DNA of 57,571 bases, the filler included, from Stramenopiles sp. TOSAG23-3 (taxonomy: Eukaryota), in assembly GCA_900128585.1 (NCBI GenBank). It is 6 parts of 6 records of this genome, joined end to end, with 100 filler letters (N's around TTAATTAATTAA, not from the genome) between each part and the next. Parts side by side here need not be neighbours in the genome. Positions count along the whole stretch, not along the records: positions 34,512 to 51,642 come from LT642460.1; 5 more parts are not named here. One strand, given 5' to 3'. Under the pieces are notes generated by a model. That model made no database searches. It saw nothing but the letters and a program-made list of their open reading frames with translations, and had not been told where the DNA came from. The position numbers and the translations under genes are program-made. Shown piece by piece: positions 39,801 to 48,702 of this stretch (positions are counted from its first letter, which is position 1; each line of letters starts with the position of its first letter).

Positions 39801-42169
39801 ACAGAGACTACGAGGTACATGACCGGAGGACCGTGGTGCGGCTGGAGGAGATGGGGATCGATCCAGATTTTCAACCCTCAGAAGAGGACGACATTGAATG
39901 CATTGTCACGAGCGGGGAAATGAAAGAATCGCATCTTCCAACCCTCGAGTACGACGTGAAGACATCAATTTACGAGTACAGAAACGAGCGTTACAAAAAA
40001 AGAGTGGATGAAGCAAAAATGCTGCCCGTAGTGTTTTGGAGCGAAGTATTTAACAACCCTGGCGCGAGCAAAGATTCCGTGAAGGAATGGTTTCTGTCCG
40101 TGAAGGAGCAAAACGCAGAATTGTCGAGCGTTCTAGAAAAAGAAGATGAAGGAATCAATTACATCTTTTCAAGGATGGAAGAAATTCAAGGACACCCCTA
40201 CGCAGAATTGTGGTTTGTATTTTGGCACGATGTGTGGGTGCAAAACAAGCACCTTCGGGCGTTCCGTGGGATGAACCCTTGCTCTAAGAGTGCTCAATCT
40301 TGGTTAAACCCACGTTACGCCTCGTCCCTGTGCTACCACGTCAAAGAGCGCGAAGACCTCGAAGCACTGCTTGAATCGAAAGGAGTTTTGGTGAAAAAGA
40401 AAGACTCAAACGCGCTGTTTAATCCAAGACTGTTAGACCTTTTCTATTTTAAGCTCCGTAAGCTGAAAGAGTGGTCGGAGCTACAGGTCACGACAAAAAT
40501 CCGAAAAATGAAACGCAAGATTGTTCACATGGATACTTTGAAAGAAAAGAAGGCTCATGAACAACTAAAACCAATGCTGCAGCGGGCAGGGCTGCGAAAC
40601 CATTCAGTGAACGGCATGGAGTTCAGTCGCCACATGTTAGAAATTGTATTGATCACTGCTTACGCAAATATTTGGCTCATGCTGATGGGACTGTCGTGTT
40701 TCGTACGACCATGGGCCTGCGTCGTGTCTGAAGAGAATTCGCGGATTCTATTGATTGTGCTACCACCGATTTTAACGTTGGTGATTGGGATTTTAGGAAA
40801 AGTTTTGAAACAGAAGTACCCGAACGGGTTGCCTAATCTATGCCCAAGGAACAAGTTCAAAAGTGCAAAAGTCAACCCAAACAAAGGGGTAAGCCACCTA
40901 AGGGGCACGTCCCCAAGAGACCCCATTCGGTGGTGGGTCGAAGATGAAGGGAAGCAGGAGCACGATATCAACTTCAACGAACACGAAAGCGTTCTCAACG
41001 CTGCCTTGATGACTATTCGAAAGGGAAAGAACTGCGAGGTAGAATATGAATCGGAGCCGCAAAGCAAAGAAGATTGGATGGCGTACGCGAACAAGCACTA
41101 TGCCCTTGCAGAAAAGTGGCTGCTTCTGTTGCCATTGAAAAAGACATATGCGCAGCTTTGCTTCCTTGGTGATCGAAAAGCGTCCAATGCCGCACTCGCG
41201 ATCGCGTCGGACCCGTTGTCTTACGATATTGCAGTAACGGAATTTAAAAAGTTGGCCGAATTGTGGCTTCGACTGCACTCTGATGATATATTGCCGGAAA
41301 CGGAGCAGGAGAACTCGGACAAGAATGCGGCCTTAGCATACCAAAAGATGCTTCTTTGCACACTCACAAAAGGCGATGTGCAGGGGGCAAGCGAAATGAT
41401 TGACAGTACAAAAGCCTACTTTCCTGAAATCGAAACGACAGAGCCGCTTAAACGGTTTCGGCAAGTTCTTACCGAGTTCCATTCTGGGAACAGAACCACG
41501 TTCAAGAATTTAACGATAAAGTGGGAAAACGAGTGGGGCTTGACCCAGTGGTACGTGAAATTGTTTGGGATGGTGCAAAAGCAATGCGACAAGTACGTTG
41601 ACAGGCTCCAAGAAATTTCGAAGCCCGATATGGGGGCAGAGATGGACGGGTGCAGAGCAAACATTAAAATTTTGCTGGTTGGAGCAAAAGGCTGTGGAAA
41701 AACAAATTTTCTGGTGAGATATTTGTACAAAACCTTCGTCTCAAACCCCGCGGTTGTCTTGGCTTCCAAAAAAGAATTCGCAAGAAATGCAGAGGTCGAT
41801 GGAGACTTATTTAAGGTCATTTTAGAAGAAGTAAGTTCTGTCGAAGATTTCAAACTCAAGCGTGAATCGGCCTTGGGGTACTTGTACTTGTACGACGATA
41901 CTGAGGGCACAACTAGCGCCGATCACAAAGCTTGGCTCCAGGCTTTTGATTGGGGGTTCGGAAAAGCGACGATAGTTGGGTCGAAGCTGGACGTTTCTGG
42001 GGATCCAACTGCGGAGCCTCCTGCTGGGATCAAAGAATGGCTGGCAAAGCCCGACAACAGTGCCAAATGTTTTCGAGCATCAGCTAAGTCTGGAGTAAAC
42101 GCCGAAGAATGCATGAACGATGTGGTTAAAAATTGTGCTCAGAAAATACTTCATTTGCACTCTGAATGA
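36878..42169 (+). CDS. Large membrane protein: 3x SH3 + multi-pass TM region + unknown soluble domain + 2 TM + alpha-SNAP-like helical region + C-terminal Ras/Rab-like domain
   Basis: ATG at 36878 opens a single 1763-codon frame. SH3 repeats have W..G..GLVQxNY. About 8-9 hydrophobic segments lie at ~37870-39010. SNAP-like segment YQKMLLCTLTKGDVQGA...FPEIETTE...LTQWYVKLF. GTPase-like motifs KILLVGAKGCGKT, LYLYD, IVGSKLD and SAKSGVN. Confidence 0.85.
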   Translation: MSGRLKYTFKAEKEIELHVEKDTVVKLLEKVQDGKWYKVENEGKIGLVQGNYMEIIEEISEKPKEETPAEEAEAQVVAETSVEAKEEAASQSGEAPLVNVQGKQKAVMKYKFEAQKSEQLSVDKGVEVVILRKVNAGWNEVYVDGKSGLVQANYMEALAPQESEKVIEVENPNSGSATIEIEAKVESKSDSAPASNDKAKATMKFKFEAQKEGELTIEKGEEVIIVKKVNDFWYEVSHGGKTGLVQANYMDVNIDNSSPEEKQPENESTAIKIHEGQPVLSRKLTENFHDDFSFQTVDQKLIDKWLEKTDKLYEKKHSPSVHVITPMSWDEWANVVPYVQIIGAWASFVRLSSTFSTFSRDFNWFSIISFEIWPSIEVFFKVTEGNPYSDWASGLEPLICLIPLLIPPLLFLRHFLKWWKRHSACLKWCRNQTKSKYEILEEELSDEETDLEGHTEEEWERKKQQRREQRAADDYNRQASMKCCCCISWRYTLLLHHTLYIPAVMASFHAIDIVCNRFREYCAYFSLVIFVLCGIPLILNPILLGCMTQQYSPKVDANDPVFGERGHLKDHSDVKYYDELHHSTNHLNSPFYFLYRPFARKHKLGRTYYLLARAVIVWSLYESNYNGDYGIFFLVTSVYLLLHVIFKGIYNAPISNRVNMLTAVTIWLFACYTLIVTESKEESSIAKIKDNVWLFVLGMWYGFWGICFFLNFRLANLYAYFRTKLSFEDTERETLTSDMNIIKQWDPDIEIKHRLWQPFWNAMMKKNVVGKEVAVRWLEIKKLVKAHGLTKAINHFDQELAQPEIIDARNYIMSTCEGVDCWYDPTEMNEKKKKKKKAKGIKSFFGKLEVVPFPFTCYMEYDNGEFLEIFDGPSIIELAEQNKTSLVQVRKETRLTLRAMASKKDDVVHFPFEEERFEPIEVRDGIIRDVKMKLKYEDCKVIITAVDGSSDIVNKAGFTVKAVYNDGFGRCMYKDRDYEVHDRRTVVRLEEMGIDPDFQPSEEDDIECIVTSGEMKESHLPTLEYDVKTSIYEYRNERYKKRVDEAKMLPVVFWSEVFNNPGASKDSVKEWFLSVKEQNAELSSVLEKEDEGINYIFSRMEEIQGHPYAELWFVFWHDVWVQNKHLRAFRGMNPCSKSAQSWLNPRYASSLCYHVKEREDLEALLESKGVLVKKKDSNALFNPRLLDLFYFKLRKLKEWSELQVTTKIRKMKRKIVHMDTLKEKKAHEQLKPMLQRAGLRNHSVNGMEFSRHMLEIVLITAYANIWLMLMGLSCFVRPWACVVSEENSRILLIVLPPILTLVIGILGKVLKQKYPNGLPNLCPRNKFKSAKVNPNKGVSHLRGTSPRDPIRWWVEDEGKQEHDINFNEHESVLNAALMTIRKGKNCEVEYESEPQSKEDWMAYANKHYALAEKWLLLLPLKKTYAQLCFLGDRKASNAALAIASDPLSYDIAVTEFKKLAELWLRLHSDDILPETEQENSDKNAALAYQKMLLCTLTKGDVQGASEMIDSTKAYFPEIETTEPLKRFRQVLTEFHSGNRTTFKNLTIKWENEWGLTQWYVKLFGMVQKQCDKYVDRLQEISKPDMGAEMDGCRANIKILLVGAKGCGKTNFLVRYLYKTFVSNPAVVLASKKEFARNAEVDGDLFKVILEEVSSVEDFKLKRESALGYLYLYDDTEGTTSADHKAWLQAFDWGFGKATIVGSKLDVSGDPTAEPPAGIKEWLAKPDNSAKCFRASAKSGVNAEECMNDVVKNCAQKILHLHSE

Positions 42170-42305
42170 ACCAAAATATATAGTATGTTTTAAGACTCTC
42201 ATTTTAAATCCACTCTGAATATTCATACTAAATGAAAAAAACATATATATAATAATTTAATTAGGAACGTAAACCTCTAATGGACAAAAGGAGCAGATTC
42301 ATTTT

Positions 42306-42501
42306 CGCAGTACATTAATTTTAATTTAAATAACAGCCATTATTATATCGGGATTAGTATGACCAAAAGAGCAAAGATAAGTTCGCAGTTCATGAAGGAA
42401 TGCAAACCTAGAATGTCTAAATCTAGATTTCAGTTCGCCGCAGTACATTAATTTTAATTATTTATAATACACTTATTATATAAATAACAGCCAATTTTCT
42501 T
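42306..42501 (+). repeat. Local degenerate duplication carrying partial copies of the dispersed repeat core
   Basis: cgcagtacattaattttaatt at ~42306 and ~42439; taaataacagcca at ~42327; taaataacagccaattttc at 42481-42499. Confidence 0.75.
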
Positions 42502-43052
42502 CTTCTTCTTGTGTTTTAAAAACTCTTAGTTCCGCCGTACAGGTACAGGTATAAATATTAATTACGTCCTGTACCCGTACGGGTACCGTATCACGTAGTA
42601 TTATTCACCTGTTGTTTAATATTTTTTCTTTTTTATTCTCCATTTTATTTTTTTGTTTTTTGTTGTTCTTCGTTGTTCTTTTTTCGTTCTTCTTCATAAT
42701 TTTATTTTTATTATTATTAGGATTTTTTTTGTCGTTGATGATGATGATGAAACATGCAATAGTATGCAATTTAAATTATAAAAAAGGAAGGAAAAAAAAA
42801 AAAACACTTTTTTTTTTCCTTCTTTTTTGAAAATTAAAATATATAATATAGTACTACAGTACTACAAACTTGATTTTTTTTGCGAAAAAAGGAGAAGAAG
42901 AAGCAGAAGAAGAGAAAGAGAGACACCAGAAGGAACAGTGCAAAGCGATCACTCTCAAAACCGCGAAATTTTTCTCACAGCAGAGAAAGTCTCAGAGAGA
43001 GTCCGACCCGTAGTCCTTGACATCCCGGAAATAAACATATCTAGAATTGCAC

Positions 43053-44150
43053 ATGACTTCGTTCGTTGGTCTGTCCGAGTATGAAGTTCTGAGATTACAG
43101 AATATCGAGCGTAACAAAAATGTTTTGAAGACGTTAGGCCTTGCGAAACTCAAGTCCGTCCTTGGGACTAACCGGCCGAAAAGAGTTGCCCCCAAACGAA
43201 AAAAGAAGACGGTGACCGCGCCCACAAGGCATTCTAAACGATTAAAATCACTTTCAGCGAAAGACTACTCAGAAAATAATGTGCACCTGGACGACGGTAA
43301 CGTGTCCGCCTACAGCAGTGAAAGCGAACAGGACGTGTCCGAAGATAGTGAAGAGTCAATTCCCCGCCCAAAACGCCTTTTGCGGAAACCAAGTGTGGGG
43401 ACGAAGAACAACGTCAAGGGAATACCGACAGTCAGCAGCATTCTTTCGGTCGAACATGCGAAAACAGGGCGGTCGCGATGCCGCAAATGCATGGTTCAGC
43501 TGGAAAAAGGAGAGCTACGGGTAGGTATGAAAGCCTGGATTATGGGCCGCAATTCTGTGACCTGGCAGCACGTGGGGTGTTTTCTTAGAAATGTTAAAGT
43601 TGGGGTGTCGCCAAACAGCAGGAGTCGCTGCAAGGTTTGCAGCCAACCATTTTGTAGCGGTGATTTGCGGTTCGGTCTTCGGAGTCATACAGCAACGGCT
43701 TGGATCTCGGCTGAATGTCTGAGTGTCGTGCTTCATGGCGTGGTCTCCCAATGTGACAAGAAGATAAAACTATCGGATTTTTCCGAAGACATGGAAGGGA
43801 TGGAAACATTGACAAAGTCGCAGTGCGAGAAAATTAAGGCGACCCTAAAACGTTGCCAGACATCTACGAACGGACCAAAAGCGGCCGCAGGACCCAAGCT
43901 TAATCAGATTTCAGAGAGCCAACCGCCGAAAGGAAAGCACAAACTGGTGCCGTTGAACCAAGTAGAGCTTCAGCCGGAAAAGGGAAAGAAAACGAAAGCG
44001 ACGGGGCGCGTGGCTTGGAAGTTCGGCGGGCACGTTTGCTTCGGTGTCCTTTTGGCTGGAAGAGAAACCCCAACTCACTGCTACGCCAAGACGCACAAGG
44101 GCAACGTGAAGACGCTAACAAAGGGCAAAGGCTATTGGTGGCTTCAATAA
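43053..44150 (+). CDS. PARP-type zinc-finger protein (one intact and one degenerate zf-PARP), no catalytic domain recognised
   Basis: Finger 1: VEHAKTGRSRCRKC...GELRVG...WQHVGCF. Finger 2: SRSRCKVC...GDLRFG...WISAEC. N-terminal LSEYEVLRLQNIERNKNVLKTLGL and basic NLS-like stretches. Confidence 0.82.
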   Translation: MTSFVGLSEYEVLRLQNIERNKNVLKTLGLAKLKSVLGTNRPKRVAPKRKKKTVTAPTRHSKRLKSLSAKDYSENNVHLDDGNVSAYSSESEQDVSEDSEESIPRPKRLLRKPSVGTKNNVKGIPTVSSILSVEHAKTGRSRCRKCMVQLEKGELRVGMKAWIMGRNSVTWQHVGCFLRNVKVGVSPNSRSRCKVCSQPFCSGDLRFGLRSHTATAWISAECLSVVLHGVVSQCDKKIKLSDFSEDMEGMETLTKSQCEKIKATLKRCQTSTNGPKAAAGPKLNQISESQPPKGKHKLVPLNQVELQPEKGKKTKATGRVAWKFGGHVCFGVLLAGRETPTHCYAKTHKGNVKTLTKGKGYWWLQ

Positions 44151-44346
44151 GAGGAGCCGGTTCACTTTCATGGCTAGTTATTATGAAGAAGATAAATTTT
44201 GATTACTTCAAAAACAGCCTATTTTTGTTCTTTTATACTTCGTACGTTAATACGTTTTAGTATGTACGAATACAATTTTTTAAAGAGTGAGTATCAACAG
44301 CCCACAATTTTACACACAACACCCCGAACGATATTACCGGTTCGCT

Positions 44347-46389
44347 TTAGTCGACCTTGACGGCACCAAATATTCTCCTGTTGAAGTAAAACATAGCGCT
44401 GAACCCTATGATCCCTGATGCAAAAAAATAGGTCAAACTAATGACTGCCATGTAACCGAAGTACAAAACGGAGGTTGTACCCTTTGTGATGTTCAACTGG
44501 GTGTAAAAGTAGTGCACGGAGTAAACGAAAACGTAAATCGCCGATGACCCCGAGACCAAGAATGAATTCCACCACCATCGATAATCTTCGCTGCACAGCT
44601 GGAAGTATCCCATTACAATGGTAATTTCGGCGCAGGTAATAATTAGTACCATGCAGACGACTAGCAAGAAACCAAACACGTAGTAGTACTGGTCGAGCCA
44701 GATGCTTGTAAGAATGAAAAACAATTCCACGAAGATTGCTCCAAACGGTAGCAAGCCCCCGACAAGCACCAGAACGATCTGGTTCAAGTACCACGGCTGC
44801 TCTGGAATTTGCCTTGGGATGTCGGCCGTGCGCACGGGGTACTCGATCACGTCGCGACGGAAACCTAAGAAAGCACCGAAGAACGTCAACGGAACGCTGA
44901 CGCCAAACCACAATGCCATTACTGCCACCATGGTGCCGAAAGGAACCGCCGCCGTTGAGGCCTCTCCCCAGACGAAAAAGTTCAGAATGAAGAACATACC
45001 AAACACGATGCCGGGGAAGATGAACGCTTGCATCAGGGTCGTGCACTGCCACGCCGTGCCTTTGAAAGTTTTGTACATACGCGCCGCCGAGTAGCCACCT
45101 ATCATGCCCATGATTACGAACACGACGATAAGGGCAGTCATGAGACTCCCGCGGTTGGCTGGGCTAAGGAACCCTAGGGCGGCAAACGTGAGCACGCCGC
45201 CGGCCGAGCCGAAACATTGGACCCCAGTGCCGACCACAACGGAGAATATCATGGAGGCCGGAGGAGGCCGGAACACGTCTGCATGGACCAGCTTCCAGCC
45301 GCTATCCTCTCGGTCCTCGGCCTTCTCTTCGTCGGTCGGCACCCGGTTGTAGCGCGCCAGGTCGCGGTACAGGGTCCGCATCATGATCATGCCCACCATC
45401 ATGGACAAGAACAGCACGATGAGGAGGCTGTTTACAATGCTGAACCAGTGAATGTCGTCCTTGTAGCGGTTCCCCATGCTCAGGTAGACGTCCCATCGGG
45501 TCGCCCACTTCACGTCCTTGTTCTCCATCCAAATAACGTCGTACGTGTACGTCACCGACTGGGCGCCTTTCGAGATGTCTTGCTCGTAGCCGTCCCACAG
45601 GTGGACGAGCTGCTGCTTCGTCCGGTCCGTGCACAGCGCGGGCCGTTTCTTGGTCGGGTCGGCCTTGTCGGGGATCAGCGCGTGGCGGACGGTGAACGGT
45701 TCGATCTCGAAACGGACGACGCGCTTGCGCGCGGTCTCGCCCTTCTTGGTTTGGTCCGGCGACCCCGACGAGACGGTCTCCCCGTCCGACGTGAAGGTAA
45801 CCCCGGACAGCATGTTCTCTTCGGGCACGTGGTACATGATTTTCATGCTCAAGTGGTTGTGCAAGTAGTACCGGCGCTTTCGCCCGCAGTTCTCTTTGTT
45901 GTTCGGGCAGTACGAACCACCGACGGGCCAGCCAGTCTCAAAAAACACTTGGTCCTTGTCCCCGGTCAAGGCCGGGGGTATCTCCGTTGCGGCCGGCAAG
46001 TTGTCGACGATCATGTTGACGCTGTAGAGCTCGTCGATTCGCTTCCTGAACATCGCAGTGTCCTGCTTGGTGAGCTTCTTGGTGCAGAGAACTTTGCAAT
46101 ACTCGTTCTTTCCCATGATAAGCTCGTACGGAGAGTTCTCGATGCGGTCGCCACTAAGAACCTCACCCAAGTTCTCCGCCATGTCCTTTACGCCCCCCTC
46201 CGGCTCACAAAATTTCAAGGAGTAATACTTGTACGGCAGCTTGGTCATAAAGCTGGTCACGGAGTTGACTTTCAGGTCAACCACATCGCCATCGTGGAAG
46301 TCCCGCGGCGCAACCCCGGGAAGGTAGAACGACGTTGCCGCCCCAGACAGAAGGACAACGAGGCAACCGACTAGAAAGGCTCTCATCAT
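44347..46389 (-). CDS. Transmembrane 9 superfamily protein (EMP70/nonaspanin, TM9SF2/4-like)
   Basis: Signal peptide, FYLPGVAP, ENLGEVLSGDRIENSPY, IHWFSIVNS, GWKLVHADVFRPP, nine TMs and C-terminal KVD. Confidence 0.97.
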   Translation of the reverse strand: MMRAFLVGCLVVLLSGAATSFYLPGVAPRDFHDGDVVDLKVNSVTSFMTKLPYKYYSLKFCEPEGGVKDMAENLGEVLSGDRIENSPYELIMGKNEYCKVLCTKKLTKQDTAMFRKRIDELYSVNMIVDNLPAATEIPPALTGDKDQVFFETGWPVGGSYCPNNKENCGRKRRYYLHNHLSMKIMYHVPEENMLSGVTFTSDGETVSSGSPDQTKKGETARKRVVRFEIEPFTVRHALIPDKADPTKKRPALCTDRTKQQLVHLWDGYEQDISKGAQSVTYTYDVIWMENKDVKWATRWDVYLSMGNRYKDDIHWFSIVNSLLIVLFLSMMVGMIMMRTLYRDLARYNRVPTDEEKAEDREDSGWKLVHADVFRPPPASMIFSVVVGTGVQCFGSAGGVLTFAALGFLSPANRGSLMTALIVVFVIMGMIGGYSAARMYKTFKGTAWQCTTLMQAFIFPGIVFGMFFILNFFVWGEASTAAVPFGTMVAVMALWFGVSVPLTFFGAFLGFRRDVIEYPVRTADIPRQIPEQPWYLNQIVLVLVGGLLPFGAIFVELFFILTSIWLDQYYYVFGFLLVVCMVLIITCAEITIVMGYFQLCSEDYRWWWNSFLVSGSSAIYVFVYSVHYFYTQLNITKGTTSVLYFGYMAVISLTYFFASGIIGFSAMFYFNRRIFGAVKVD

Positions 46390-46589
46390 TGTTCGTTTAT
46401 GCTGTTAAAAAAAGGAAGGTGTGTATCTATCTATCGATCTTTCAGAAAAAAAAAGCAATTCAATCAGTTTACAAACCGAACTTACTTACTTGACAAATAA
46501 ATTGTATGTTTTAATCCGTTTATTTATGTACCTTCTTCAATATTTGTTACAATTGATTTAATTCCTTCATTTGAATTTAGTAGTAGTTT

Positions 46590-46614
46590 TCTTTCTTTCT
46601 TTCTTTTTTAGATT

Positions 46615-46651
<37 letters not shown>
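46590..46651. repeat. (CTTT)n microsatellite
   Basis: Directly visible array upstream of the TM9SF gene. Confidence 0.88.
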
Positions 46652-47598
46652 TATTATATCCTATTACATAATACGGGTTAGTCATAGATCATAGATTGAT
46701 TGACTTATTTAAAATGTATTATTATATAGAAATAGTACATACGATCTCTTCTGGATATTTAGTATTTGATAAATACTTAGTATATAGATATATTATACTT
46801 TTAGTTTGTAAATATTCCTATCATCAAAAAGGATGAATTTGTGGTCTTTAGTGACTTTACAATAATTAAGGCAAGGGTGGATTATTTTTAACAAAAACGA
46901 AGTTGTTACTTAATATTATTACCTGTATAATAGCATTCAGAATAATTATATTATTACTTACAATTCCTTTCATTAATATAGAAGGAGGGAGGGGAGGGAT
47001 TATCCCTTATTTCGTTATTTTTCTTTCTATGCTATGCTGCTATGCAGTAATCATATTTTTAAAAATAATAAAAAGAAGAAGAAGAAAAAATTTAAAAAAA
47101 AAAGAAAACGAAAAAGAAAACGAAAACGAAAACGAAATTTTTATTTAGTATTTCTTCGTTTGTAAATAATAGGTATTAGTTGTAATACTATACATATGTA
47201 TTGTATTTATAATATAAATAATGGGAACTTATACTACTACTATTCACCTATTCGGTTATTCTCTATTCTATTTCTATATATTAGGATCATTTGGTGAATA
47301 AATTAAAACCCTATCTATAACATTAATTGACAATCCTCTTCTTCTTCTTTTTTTTCTTTTTTTTTTTCTTCTTTTTTTCTTTTTTTCTTCGTTGTTCGTT
47401 ATTTTTCATTTTTGTTTACCCCATCCCATTTGTACTTAGATTACCACCCGTTTTTAGATATAACGTCTTGTCTGTCTTTGTAGACAGAAAACGTAACAGA
47501 TTTAGTCCAGGAGAATGCACGCGATAGGTTTTTTGATATTTTGCTCGGACAGAGGGAACCAACGTTCTTGTCTTTTTTACTTCGTGCATACATAGTAT

Positions 47599-48570
47599 AT
47601 GACTCCCCGCGTTGTTCCACGACGTATCTTTTTCACGCTCCGCTGCCTTGCTATCATGGCGGCGCTAACAACTGAACCGGCCCTGTGCGATTGCAAAAAG
47701 CCTGTTCGGACCCACGTGTCTAGCGATGGGCAAAAGTATGAGTACCATCCATGCAAGAAACAGTGGGTTGTTCTGGCCACAGAGTTGTCGCCTGGGGGCG
47801 AGAACGCAGCGGCCACCAAAGTCTTGTCTCTGCCGGGACGGCTGTTCAACTTCAATTTCTCCTCCGGCGAGTTCAAAATAAACGATTTGCCACTCCGCAT
47901 CTCGGCGCCCGGCAGTTTCAGAAATGCAGAAGATCAAGAGGACGCAGACACCGGGCTCACGATATGGGACGGGTCCGTTCTGTTGGCAAAGTACTTGGAG
48001 CATTTGTCGCGTTCTCCCAACGGCAACAGCTTGAAGGGAAGCCGGGTGGTGGAACTTGGGAGCGGCGTCGGGCTGGTTGGAATCAGTTGTGGCGCGCTAG
48101 GGGCGAATGTTTTTCTCACTGATTTGCCCTATTGCATCCCCACGCTGGAAAAGAACATACAACGAACCATTGCGCAAACAGAGTGGGGCGAAGCGCAAGC
48201 TAAGGATGGCCTCGCAGATGCCCAAACCATCCCTGGGAGCATGGCGGCTGCGCCGTTGGATTGGACGGACTTTGCAAACAACACTGTTTTGACGACAAAG
48301 ATTGATTGGGTTGTGGGGGCAGACATTGTTTGGCTCGAACCGTTGATTCCCCCCTTGGTTCGCCTGCTTCATGCAATTGCAGTGCAAAACAAGGGGTGCA
48401 AATTTTTGATAGCGTACCAAAGCCGAAGCAAACGGGCCGATGAAATCCTGTACGACGAACTGCGTGCCAAATCATTTCACGTCGGGACGGTCGATCGGGA
48501 AAGAATGCCCGAGGGTTATCGTACAGACCGTTTGGATATTTTGGAGTTGAAACACGAGCCCTCGCGATAA
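47599..48570 (+). CDS. METTL21-type protein-lysine methyltransferase (Methyltransf_16); start may be ATG 47656
   Basis: TGLTIWDGSVLLAKYL, VVELGSGVGLVG, VFLTDL, LDW and VVGADIVW. Confidence 0.9.
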   Translation: MTPRVVPRRIFFTLRCLAIMAALTTEPALCDCKKPVRTHVSSDGQKYEYHPCKKQWVVLATELSPGGENAAATKVLSLPGRLFNFNFSSGEFKINDLPLRISAPGSFRNAEDQEDADTGLTIWDGSVLLAKYLEHLSRSPNGNSLKGSRVVELGSGVGLVGISCGALGANVFLTDLPYCIPTLEKNIQRTIAQTEWGEAQAKDGLADAQTIPGSMAAAPLDWTDFANNTVLTTKIDWVVGADIVWLEPLIPPLVRLLHAIAVQNKGCKFLIAYQSRSKRADEILYDELRAKSFHVGTVDRERMPEGYRTDRLDILELKHEPSR

Positions 48571-48702
48571 GCGCGTGTGAAGAAAGTGAAAGGCTGTGCG
48601 CGCACGGGAGATATTTACCCTATACATGTAGATAATGTTATAAATAAAATTGTGTACATATATGCTGCTCGTATTACGCGAACAAAAACCACCCGCACGT
48701 GC

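Noticed and set aside
45217..46374. 385-aa antisense ORF in TM9SF, and similar ones at 21650-22702, 24081-25265, 32378-33070, 49331-50227 and 52153-53022
   Set aside because: Expected from high GC3 or biased codon use on the real strand; the translations lack recognisable motifs.
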